Below are positions 37,135 through 48,435 of a DNA stretch of 64,000 nucleotides, piece after piece. The notes under the pieces are model-generated. The model was not told where the DNA came from and did not search any database. It saw nothing but the letters and a program-made list of their open reading frames with translations. The first letter of the stretch is position 1; every line of letters starts with the position of its first letter. A program made the position numbers and the translations under genes. This stretch comes from Parasitella parasitica NRRL 2501 (Eukaryota > Fungi > Mucoromycota), in assembly GCA_025201805.1 (NCBI GenBank), contig MU619276.1, positions 141,369 to 205,368 on the forward strand, written 5' to 3'.

Positions 37135-40100
37135 ATGGCATCAATTGTAGCATTTGTTATTTTGTTATTGCTGTCAAGTTTCAATAAAGTGAATGCCTAC
37201 TATGGTAGTATTTATGGCGGTGCGTCATACATTCCGCCTCTGATAGACGCGGCAGCCGTTGCAGTACAAGACACAGTATACCTTTTTGGAGGGGTCGAAG
37301 CTACCCTCGAACAAGATTTCAACTTTGATATGACAACTATAAAATTCGATTCGAATCAAAACCTGGTAACCAACACTTTCGATAGTGCCTCCTTGCCGTA
37401 CAACAGACATCGCTGTCAAGCTTTTTCGCTGGGCGACAACAAGACGATTGTAGCTGTCAACGTCCAATATCCACATCTCAACATTACTCAGGGACACCCG
37501 TATTTCAATATAAGTGCAGAGCACACCCAAGGAAATATAACTACGCTCAGAACAGCAGGTCTATCTTTCTATGATATAGCAAGCAATACTTGGACTAGCC
37601 CTCAGAACAACACAATTCTACCTCCATTCAGATCAACTCTTATGGCAGCAATCTCCCCTGAAAATGATGCTATTTATACGATGGGCGGCACCTACCTTGC
37701 CGCAGACGCTAATATGCCAGAGATTTTTAGATTCGACCTCAAAAACGTATCCTCCGTAGTCAATCTGACAGCTGCCTACCCAAACTTGAGACTGGAAGTG
37801 TTCCGTGGCACAGTTCAGATGTTACCGTATGTTGGTTAAAAGCTTAAATTTGATAACGACACTAATGCATGTAACGATAGAAACGGAATCATAGTTATTG
37901 CTTTTGGCATGAATAATGTATTAGACGGGGCACTTTTCAACACGACTCAAGTAACTCTATTTGACACACGCAAGAATGAAATTTATACACAACCCGTTTC
38001 TGGAGTACCGCCAGAACCAAGATTTGGGCTTGGAAACGCATTGGGTATTATGCTTTGCAAAGTTGTGTCGGAACAGAATACTGATTTCGAATTTCCATCT
38101 ATAGGTCCTGATAAATCCACAATATACTACTATGGAGGTATGCTGGTGTACAGATGCATGAAATCGATTCCCAGCTAACGTATTTTTGTTCATAGGTGGT
38201 GACCAAATGGCTGCATTGAACACCGCAGCAGGTTCAGCCGTACCAAACCTCGTTGCGCTTGATACAACTACATGGACGTGGGTTTATCCAAAGGTTCTTG
38301 GACTTGCAGCTACTCCCTATGCTTTCTCCACATTAACATTACTAGAAGATTCTAAACTGATTACACTAACAGGTTAGTGGGCAATGTTCAATTATCACAT
38401 ATGCAGTCGGCTAACTTATGGCACATGCAAACTTTAATAGGCATTATTGGTAGTATTGCTACAACTGATATCGGTGTCATCACCAATGTTCCAAAATCTA
38501 GTGAAGAGCTCCAAAACAGCCAAATGCGATGGTTTACAAACAATGAGGAATTCGATCAAACTTACCTGGTTACGGAGCCGCGCAAAGAGCTTAGTCAAGG
38601 TGCTATTGCTGGCATTACTATTGGAGTTTTGGTCGTAGTTGCACTGTTGATCGCACTCTTATGGAAAAGATTTCCAAAGGTAAGACGCATCGGAAACTAT
38701 ATACAGAACGAAATTATTTGGCATCCAAGGTTAGTATATTTCCAAATTTTGCAGACAAGCAAAGCAAGTTTTTGACTTGACGGTAAACTACAGATCTGGA
38801 GAACCGTTGTGGGCAGAAACAGCACGACTCTTGGTTCGCTTTATTCTCCTGTTTTTGTTTTTGGCATTTGTTGTATACTCGATCTACAGGGCTGTTGAAA
38901 GCCCTATTGTAACCCAAGAAATAAGAACACCCACCAACACCGTTAGATCACCAGGTAAATTTTGATTAACGATAAAAACAAAAACAGCTTCTAATTGTAA
39001 AGCATAGATGTTCGTTTTTGCTTTGATGGCTTCAGCAATACGGACCCTACTCAGAATCTAAGTGTCACTTGTGCCTTCCGAAATGGTACAGATTGTTCAA
39101 GCCGAATTGTAGCGCTAGATATGGCTGAGCATTCGCCCGTGTATCCCGATCAATTAGGAGATGTTACCTGCTTCATGTTTATATCCGAACCTGCATACTC
39201 TTTCATTGACGATAAAATGAGTTTTAGTCAAACTACAAGCACAAAGATGTTGTTCACCTTTCAAGGTCCACCAAGACTTTCTACAGAGGGAATTTCGGAC
39301 GGTTCAGGCGTGATTTACATTGACATGTATCCGCCAGGTTACAACCCAAACATGGATATCTACAACTTGACTGGTGGTGCTGCTCAGAGCAAACTTACTT
39401 CTACATACATCAGAGAGTGGGCAATCAACGAACAAGGTTCTAACTTGGTAGATTCGATTATTCTTAAACCTAGTGTCAGGACAACAGCTGCATTCGAGAT
39501 AATCGAAAATAGAAAGCTGCGGAGGGATGATGGATGGAACCTTGTGGGGTTTTCGTCCAACTATGACAAACGCTACGAGGTTGAAAGCTACTTTAAAGAT
39601 GCACCTCAAAATATTGGATTGTTGGGATCCTCCAAAATTTTAGCACAGCTCACTCTACAACCTTACGCATTTACAATCAACGTCAACAACGAGCAAAAAG
39701 TGTTCACTCTTCTGAACGCATTTGCACAAGTCGGTGGTGTCCTTGGTTTATTCATAGCTTTGCAAACCATTCTCTTTGGCTTCAGACCTCAATCTCCTTG
39801 GGGCATCGTTCATCGCTGGTCGTTTGGTAAACTTCGAGTCAAGCTTACAGACAGGTTGGCCAATTATTTCGATCGCATGGGGACACCCGTACCGCTAGTC
39901 AATCCTGTGAGTCGAAGATTAAGCACAGTATTCAAGAACAATGCATATTCTGCAGTACCTGGTTATTCCTACGCTGATGAAGAAGCTTTTAGCCAAGAAA
40001 ACAGAGTGCACCAAGTGGAAGAACGTCTGCAGCTAATGGAGCTTTTGTTAAAATCATACTATTTGAATGATGAAGTATTCCGCTCTTTAGATCAAGCTGT

Positions 40101-40368
40101 CAAACGTGGAAATGAAGAAAGACGTCGCAGTAATGGAGGACAAGGAGGACAAGGACAAGGGGAAAGAGAAGATAGAAGAATCATTGATGATGCAATTATG
40201 ATGTCTGGAGACGATTCCATTGAGATTATTGAATTAAGTAACAATGCAAAAGCAGCTGCAGAAAGTGGTTCTACTGATGCAATCAACAGAACGACGTCTG
40301 GTGCTGTACTTCCTCAGCAAAGGAGTATATACCAAGCAAATCTAGTTCCAGATCAGCCAACCCCTTAA
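37135..40368 (+). CDS. Signal peptide + Kelch/galactose-oxidase-like beta-propeller + TM + DEG/ENaC-like two-TM domain, multi-exon
   Basis: Kelch blades (VYLFGG, IYTMGG, PEPRFG, IYYYGG, LDTTTWTW); TM GAIAGITIGVLVVVALLIALLW; TM RFILLFLFLAFVVYSI; TM LLNAFAQVGGVLGLFIALQTILFG; exons join in frame through GT-AG introns. Confidence 0.8.
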
Positions 40369-40657
40369 GTAATTAATGTATTTCACATATACTATATACC
40401 GTATACGCCTACATTTCTAATAAACAAAATCCTTTCATATATCGAATGATTTACAAGTACCATAAACACTTGCGATACTTTTAACATATTATTAAATAAA
40501 ACAGAGTGTTCAGCTTAAAAAATCGCCTTGTATACGGTAGTTAGACCATGTCCAATTTTCGAGAGGTCTAAGCTATTCAAAAAGCATTTACTTTGTTTAC
40601 AGAGCTTTCATTAAACAAGATAAACGAAATCTCATTCTACATGCCAAGCAAGTATTG

Positions 40658-41549
40658 CAAATACTTTTTTTTTTTTTTTTTGTAAGTATGAAGGTTTATT
40701 AAATGTTAAACTAAGCTAAAAGTTAAGAAACTCATAAAAAGGGAAATATTAGAAAGTTAGAGATAAGTGGCCCGTCTCGAGGATGTTCAAGAGTTATCTA
40801 CAATAATTTAAACAAGTGTCTCAGGTTGATCATGGCACGGTCCATAACGGATTGGTTGTCAAAATCAACAGTTTCAAAGAATTTAAGCCATTTGGCCCGC
40901 CAGATGGCTGTGATCACGCATGTAAAGGCTTCAAAGGTAGATATCCGCAAGAAGGAGTCTAAGAGACGATATGCGGACAAATTTAACGACATTACGTCTT
41001 CGTATACTTTAGCCATATTGAGGGATGCAGAGGGTACGAATACCAAGGAGAAGTAATTCCACCAGATTTCAGAATGAGTAGGACAAGTAAAGAGCATATG
41101 ACAAGTAGTCTCCCGCATACCGCAATAGACACACATTTCATCAGTCAAACGAAGAATATTGACTATGTTAGCTTTGGAAGAGACTTTGTTAGGGATCAGA
41201 CGAAACCATAAGTTACGAGCTGCACTAGGCATTTTGGTGTGAAGAAAAGAGGTCATTGTGAACCGATTCAAGTCAACGTGTGGTCGGGCAATTGGGGGGT
41301 GATCTCGCATATACATCGCACGAAGCTGAGTATTAGTCATGGACAAGACCGGTATACTTTGGTAGTTAAGCTTGTGAGAGAGGTAAGGAGTAAAATCGAC
41401 GCCACCCGCAGATGAGGCCGGGAGAGCAAGTCCAGACGGAGGAGATAAACATATTTAGAGCGTAGGTGTAAAGGTTAGAGCAGCTGAGCTTACGGCCTGC
41501 TTAAGCTTCCTGAGGAGTACAGGGTGAGGGCAGTTGACAAATACTTTTA
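40658..41549 (-). mobile_element. 5'-truncated non-LTR retrotransposon (L1/Tx1-like) with polyA tail and target-site duplication
   Basis: ORF 40798-41346 carries a zf-RVT-like C-terminus (ARNLWFRLIPNKV...CVYCGMRETTCHMLFTCP...W); T17 at 40665-40681; CAAATACTTTT at both 40658-40668 and 41539-41549. Confidence 0.88.
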
Positions 41550-41619
41550 TTTAATAGGGTTGTTGAAAAACTTTGAAGACAATATTGTTGATGAATTTCC
41601 CAACCTAATCTTTTATTTC

Positions 41620-41769
41620 AGTTTCATCGATAAAGGTACAGTTGTTATTGTATGCAATGCCTTTTGTCAGTAACTTGTTGACATACTCATATCTTGCCTC
41701 GATTGTGGCGGGTTTGTTTCTTCGCTCTTCAATAGGTTTGACGCGAGTTAAAGTATAGCCAGTGTGCTC
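41620..41769 (-). mobile_element. Tc1/IS630-like DDE transposase fragment
   Basis: Minus strand reads GYTLTRVKPIEERRNKPATIEARYEYV...NNCTFIDET, the segment leading into the first catalytic Asp. Confidence 0.65.
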
Positions 41770-42560
41770 TACAAGGAATACAATTCACGCTCATACTCGT
41801 CAGAATCTCGGCTGATTTTGTGATAGTACTTGGTGCTGTTTGTGTTATCGACATTGAGCATATCAAGAACCAACAATCCCACACCACGGCAAATCATATG
41901 CATTTCATCCAGAGAGAATGAAAGCGATCCCACATACAAATCCATACCCGAGAAAATGCTCAAGCCAGTAATGCCTCTTTCAGCATCGCCACGAATGTAC
42001 TCATCCATTGTTCGCAAATTGCCGTTTGTATAGCGTAGGTACATTCCGTGGCTTCGATTTTGTGGATGCTCAGCTCTTTGAACGCAAATTCTGCAAGGGT
42101 AAAAGCTTTGATGGGGAGCTACATGGCTAACGAGGTTGATAGCAGGGGTGTCACCACCATTCAGCACCAGGTAAACTTAAGCTCGACACAGTTTCACCAA
42201 ACTTTTTAACAAGCATGCCATTTCTTTCAAGATAATGTAATTCAGCCAAAATAGGTTTCAAAAAACTGTCCAGAGATGATTTTGATGGTCCAGGAGTAAT
42301 GGCTAATTGAACATGATATGTCTGTTTATATCTAGTTCTGCTGTCATAATTGAGAACGACGAGGTGTACCATATTAAAAAGGCGTGATCCACGCTTGTCT
42401 GTTACAAATCCATCCGTTGAGAGTTATTTCGATATAAATAACGATTGTCTCCAAAGACAACTAAATAGAGAGACTACTAGCGATTATATCACGGAGAACG
42501 TAGGGTCTTTATTAATGATTGAAAAAGGAAGCCAGGGTTGCTCTGGTCTTGGTTTCTAAA
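41769..42560 (-). mobile_element. Degenerate tnp2/Transposase_21-family (CACTA/CMC-like) transposase fragment
   Basis: Frameshifted pieces: VQLAITPGPSKSSLDSFLKPILAELHYLERNG, GDTPAINLVSH...YPCRIC, SLDEMHMICRGVG. Confidence 0.7.
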
Positions 42561-43271
42561 AGTCTTTATACAATTTGTTTTGAAGAACAGCAAATACTGC
42601 TTTATTTCGTGCAACTAGATCATATTCCTAATCCATAAAAGACCTCGAACATGTCCATATTATAATCCCTTCCCTTTTCCCAAATACACCAGCATATACT
42701 ATAACCAAAAATACCTTATTTCGAATTTGGTAATAATCTTTAACTATGAATTTCTTGCAGTGTACCTAATAAGAATAAACACTTGGTTTTTATTTTGAAA
42801 CGCTTGAATCACAGAAAGCCTTACAGTGTCAAAGTTGGAAATGAGATGAGATTCAACCTCCAGTTGATAGGCGTATTCTTCTGTCGCCAATATGCTAATA
42901 AATGAAAATTCATCATTCATATTACTACCTATTATATTAACTCTATCTGCGATTTGAAACTGTAATGCATACGCGAGAACAATTTATGAGAAATAGATAC
43001 AAAACCAATATAGTGATTCTATTTTATGATATTGTGCACAAATTCGCATAAGGTCATACACATAAGCATTTCAAATATTATGCACATTTGAGCATAGTAT
43101 TAAGCATGCGGGGAGATTATCTCAAGAGCACATATGAGCTTGGCAATAAGCACATGTGCTGTTTATGTACATTTTGCATATTAACGTATTATTAACCATA
43201 TTCACTGTACATAATAGATTGGGCTTCAGTGGTATGCCCACTTGACCATAATAATGTAATAATGTGTGATG

Positions 43272-43587
43272 TGTCAATTTCCCAACCGGAAGTCAAACTC
43301 AAGTAAACTCAATCCTGAACACAATTCAGGAACATATCCCAATGGATCATGTCCCTTATTTACCGTATAACTCAACATGACATGTTCTTGGACAATAGAT
43401 ACAATCTATCGTTCCATTCTCTAAATCACACCATGTCTCACACTTGTATCTTATATCCTCCCATCAATCCACTTAGATTCACTAGTATATAAACCATCAT
43501 TTTTTTCTTGTAATAAACGAGATCTTTACCTGATTAATTCGCAACCGTTTTATTTGAATAATTTCTCATTCTGATAAATCATTGACA
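43272..43587 (+). mobile_element. Possible LTR relic
   Basis: Bounded by the 7-bp inverted repeat TGTCAAT...ATTGACA; internal TATATAAA followed by AATAAA; no TSD seen. Confidence 0.45.
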
Positions 43588-43719
43588 GGAGATCATGGCA
43601 ATGCACTTCAATTGAAGGTTGGAGATTGTCCAATTATGTGATGTGATACGCTTGTGTAAACTGAAGAATAAAATCACTGTTTCAAACCAGGAAGGTTATT
43701 CCGCGGGTAGTTAGGGCAC

Positions 43720-43928
43720 TGTTAGATCAAAGACGAGTAGCCCTTGTTGTATAACCTTACATTGTACCCTATCAAGTAGATTGTTACTCGGAATTATTCT
43801 TGTCAATCAGTAATCTGAATAAGTTACCATGAATTTATGTAGTTGTAAAAGGTATAAATAGTTGATGCAATTTCGATCTTAAATAAAGTATCTTGAATTT
43901 TTCGGTTTTATCTTTTTTGTATTCAACA
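43720..43928 (+). mobile_element. Possible second LTR relic
   Basis: TGTT...AACA ends, internal TATAAATA and AATAAA, G-rich tract just upstream; no TSD. Confidence 0.33.
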
Positions 43929-44779
43929 AATAGAATGGTATAGCTAATAGCGCATAACCGCAGGAAAATTAAGAATCAAATGATGTTACGCATAGTCAAT
44001 TTATGCCATTCGACTTCGCATAATATACAAAGCCATATAATCAAAACGCATTACAAATATAATTTAAAAGCTTATCAATGAATGTCGTGTGAAAGAAAAC
44101 ACTCCTGATCAAAGTGCTTTCATTTACACAATAAAAATTTAGAATGAGAATAAATAATAGCAAAGACATCAAGTATGGCAGTTCGTCAATCAATGAGTTT
44201 TACCCATCATTCTAATTAAGCATGTTTTTCACACAATAACTACAATATGACGATAGCCATTCTCACACGGCCCACTAATTTTTACGCATATCTCTATCCA
44301 TGGTATATGCATTTCATTATAATTTTGCTTCTCCTTAAAACCCAAAGAAAATAACGGCTAGTTAACGCATTGACTCTGGGATCAATACTCCATTCATGAG
44401 AACTGACATACGACAATTCTAATGTTATAAATACTAAGATGTTTTCATCTGGATGAAGCCTCAGAATACTTTTATGATAAAGAATGCTTAATTTGATTAT
44501 AACTGTAACTTTTTAAAACCCTTTTTTTTAAAAAAAAAAAAAAAATAATCGTAAAGCTATCGAATTTACGGCATCAGTTACTAATTTTGCATCAATATAC
44601 CATTCATATTATTGTGATCCTCTCAATGTTTTGATGTAGCGACAACAATGATCAAATATGCCGCTGCGTCGTCCTTGTTCAACTAGCTGCTGCGGCCAAG
44701 GTGTTGCATTTTGTAGTTGAAAGACAACCTCCAAATTTAGCATTTTCTTCTATTTTCGTTTTTCACTTTCCAGCATACA

Positions 44780-46235
44780 ATGACAGTTGAAACTTTCAAA
44801 ATTTTCCCTAGCAATAAACACAACCGTCCAGCTCCACCATCCAAAGTAGCGTTTCATGGTCTTGATCTCATGGGTGCACCGATTCAAATCCGCAACCATC
44901 GGTTCTTTCACCCTCCCACAGACACCACTTTTGATCACGTCGTCGAGAACCTAAAGTCCTCCCTTGCTGAAGCGCTCGAGTTATACCCACCTGTGGCTGG
45001 CACGTTAGAAATGGACAGAGATGGTGAAATTCACAGCGCAATGGGCCCTGAATTCAACAAGGGCACGCCATTCTTGGTGGAAAGGAAAGAAACGCCATAT
45101 CAGGGCGATGCAGACGACGTTGGGCCTCGCACTGATGTCCTCCTTCCTCACACATCAGATATATTGCAAGTTAAAGTGACTCAGGTACAGCATAAATTCA
45201 CCGTGCGCTGTGTACATACAGTCCAGTAGTAGACACTCACACAACGTGTTTTAGTTTTCTTGTGGTGCCATTGCTGTGGCCTCGTCCTTAAACCATCAAA
45301 TCTCAGATTTGCGCGGGTTTCTTGATTTTCTCGAACTCTGGGCTTGCATTGCAAGAGGCGAAGCTGTTGACTTCAATAGCATTCCTGACAATTGGAGTCG
45401 AACACCTGGTAGGTTTTTTCTTGGTTTGACTAAAGAATCAGCACCCAAAGCACCCGCTCCATTTTCTGTACTAGACAAGCCCGTAACTGGACCTTCTGCC
45501 TATCTTCTAGTTCCATCAGTGGCTACGATATGGGACTTTACAAAGAGTGACATGGAAAGATTGAAGAAAGATTTATCGTCCTCACAGCAACATACCCCCA
45601 ACGGTTGGATCTCATCTGGCGATGCGCTCGCAGCTTTATTGTGTGGTGTCATTACCCGTGCTCGGGAAAGAGCCTGTGTACCAAGACTGGAAGGAAGATC
45701 AACTAAAAAAGAGTTGCACGAACAAATTGCGATGGCTGCAGATGGCCGCGACAGAGCACCGAGAGGGGATATGGCTGGTGGCCATTATTTTGGTAATTTC
45801 AATCCTCTATGGAACGCCACAATTTCTCGAACCGACCTGCTGGAAGCCACTTGTGCGTCTGCGTCTCGGGTCGCTGCTGCTATCCGCGCTGCATTGACAA
45901 CGGAACTTTCACCTGAGGCGGTTGCGTACAAGATTTCGTTCTTTCAAGATCCTCAAAACACGGTTCCTCGCGGCCGTATTTCGTGGACAGCAGATATGAT
46001 ATTGACGAATTGGTGTCGATTTGATCTGAAGGGACCAAAACTAGATCTAGGTTGGGGAAAACCTTTTCATGCAACTTCGGGTAGTGGGGGGTCTTTTCCA
46101 CCCGGATATTGTTTAATGACTCATGATCACGAATCCCAGGCGACAACTGTATTAATGACAGTGGAAGGTGATGGTGTTGAGAATTTGAAAACTGACACTT
46201 TGCTGAACAGTTACGCCACGCTGATATCTGAATAA
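44780..46235 (+). CDS. BAHD/transferase-family CoA-dependent acyltransferase, 2 exons
   Basis: LKSSLAEALELYPPVAG, QVKVTQFSCG, HQISD (HxxxD), GHYFGN, LDLGWGKP (DFGWG). Confidence 0.9.
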
Positions 46236-46316
46236 AATGTTGTTTTGTATGTATGTATGTAGTATTTACAGCGAATTTATTGAGAAAGTATGAATAAAAT
46301 TAGGGTAAACTGTGAT

Positions 46317-47254
46317 TTATTTTTGTCCAGTCTTTAAAAGATCCAGGAAGCTTGACTTTGACATTGTTGAAACTATAGACAAATTAGCACTGGGATACGC
46401 TAGCTCAGCATTGGACACTTACCACTTTTGGCTTTTTCTTTTGCTGCAAGAGTCTTGCGAGTGTCGGCAGCATTTTGAACGGCAACCTCTGTTACCTTTT
46501 GTTGTGTACGAATAGCATTGAACAGTTTGACAACACCTCTTGTAGCGACCTTTCTTAGTCTCTTTTCGTATTCAAATGTCGTAAAGTCAGGAATAACTCT
46601 GCCCTTCTCTTTCAATGCTTTCTTTTCTGCCGACATGATCTTGCGAGCCTTGTAGTCTAATTTGTCGTCTTCAATCTTGCGTTCTAAGCCTTTTGATCTG
46701 GCAAGGATAGGTTGCTGTCCGACATTTTAGTCGATTGATTGGATTGCTCTCTGGCAGCACATGTCGACAAAAAACTTACCTTTCTGTCCGATCCGGTCAA
46801 CGTACTGGCCAAAATCTTGGTCATGGCGTCAGAAAATGCTTCTGAACTAAATTTCTTGGGTTGCTTGGGACCTGGAGGATATGTACTTGGGTGAGCTGTC
46901 AAAATTGCCGTTGCGAATGCTTTACTCACCGTCGTCTAGATCCATTTTATCGTCGTCAAACTCGTCATCATCGTCTTCATCATCATCGTCATTATCGTCA
47001 TTATCGTCTTCATCGTCTTCATCGTCATCATCCTCGGCATCAGCATTTTGATATATTTCCATGTCATCATTCTCTTTTTCACCTTCTTCCTCGTCAGCAG
47101 AACTCTCACTTGAAGCAGATTCGACCAAGTCTTGAGCCGTTCTCTGTGTTTTTACTCTCTTGATAACTTTCTTTGGAGAAGCCGCTACAGCTTTTTTATC
47201 TTCCAACTTTTTCTCAACAGCTTGCTGCTTCTTGACCTGTTTCTTTGCTGCCAT
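46317..47254 (-). CDS. RRP15: Ribosome biogenesis protein Rrp15, multi-exon
   Basis: Acidic N-terminus; FSDAMTKIL; YEKRLRKVATRGVVKLFNAI; ends SKSSFLDLLKTGQK*. Confidence 0.88.
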
Positions 47255-47439
47255 GATGTTTAATTCTAGGTTGAGTAAAAAACCAGAAGAAGAGAAAAAA
47301 AATAGATTGCGAGGCTTTTCGAAGCGTAAACAAGTAAAGACAGTCCATGCATCAATGTTGCTTTATTACATAATAATGCATCAACTGAAGAGGGTCTTAC
47401 TCAAGCATGGCTCTTTCCGCTAAAAAAAAAAACAGAGAG

Positions 47440-48050
47440 CAAGCTCTAAGCCTGCGAATACCGTTGTTGATGCGACATGGGTCAATGTAGCTAGAGGCAT
47501 TAAACGGTTTACAATGGCCTTTAATCCAACCATTGTTAAAACACCCATCAATCCTCCCTCCAAAGACACTTTGACTAGTCAGTCTTTTATGACAGAAAAG
47601 CCTATGTATGAAGCCTTGAAATGGTTCGAGCCCTTCCTTAAAGGCATTGAAGAGGATTCAGTTCTAACTGACATAACGGGGTTAACCAGCCAACAGCTTT
47701 TACATGAAGTAGTGTAAGCCTTCAGAATGGATGCCTACTTTCGCCATGGATATAATGACTATACTGACAGGGTGCCCAAAACCCGCAAGTACATGCCATT
47801 GCCACAAAGCAGTATCCAAGCTATTTCAATCAGTCTGCTCGCAGTTTCTTCATGAGGGTCTGTTCTCTGTCATTTAATGGACCACATGGATTAAGCCAAA
47901 ACCCTTATGGAGTTGGGTGTATTAGATATTGCACAACAACAGAGAGTACTGTACTTTCGTTGGGTTCAGCCTATCCTACGCCCCTCTGATTCTCCTCATA
48001 TTCATATTCTAGATCTCATGCTTGCCATGCTAGTTAATAAGCAAAATCGG
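47440..48050 (+). pseudogene. Heavily degraded LINE reverse-transcriptase relic
   Basis: Fragment ELGVLDIAQQQRVLYFRWVQPIL matches the post-RT GGLG...Q..AL..RW segment of fungal LINEs; the rest has stops and frameshifts. Confidence 0.55.
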
Positions 48051-48435
48051 AGACTTCACGGATATACAGTATGTGTCCAAAAAAACACACTGCTGCATCC
48101 ATGATAGTTAACATCAGGAGGGCCCATATGAGAATGGTCTTTCACTCGGCACCCTTCAAATGGCCTGATGCAGTCAAACAAATCAAACTTCAAGTCCATA
48201 ACAAAGTAAAAATATATTGACCAGCTATAATTCTTGTCTCTCTGTTTTAACATGGCCATTTTTATATCTGAATCTTTTACTGACTTTAATAGACTTTAGC
48301 TTGTCAATTGCGCCCGCCTCTTGATAGCTCCCTAGGGATCTATTATTTTACACGGAGCAATCCATAGAAACAATTATTCTAAAAAAAAAAAAAAAAAATA
48401 AGAAAAAAATAAAAAAATAAAAACTCAAGCAGTAG

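Noticed and set aside
42822-43208. TACAGTG...CACTGTA as the TIR pair of a MITE
   Set aside because: The inverted match does not extend beyond 7 bp.
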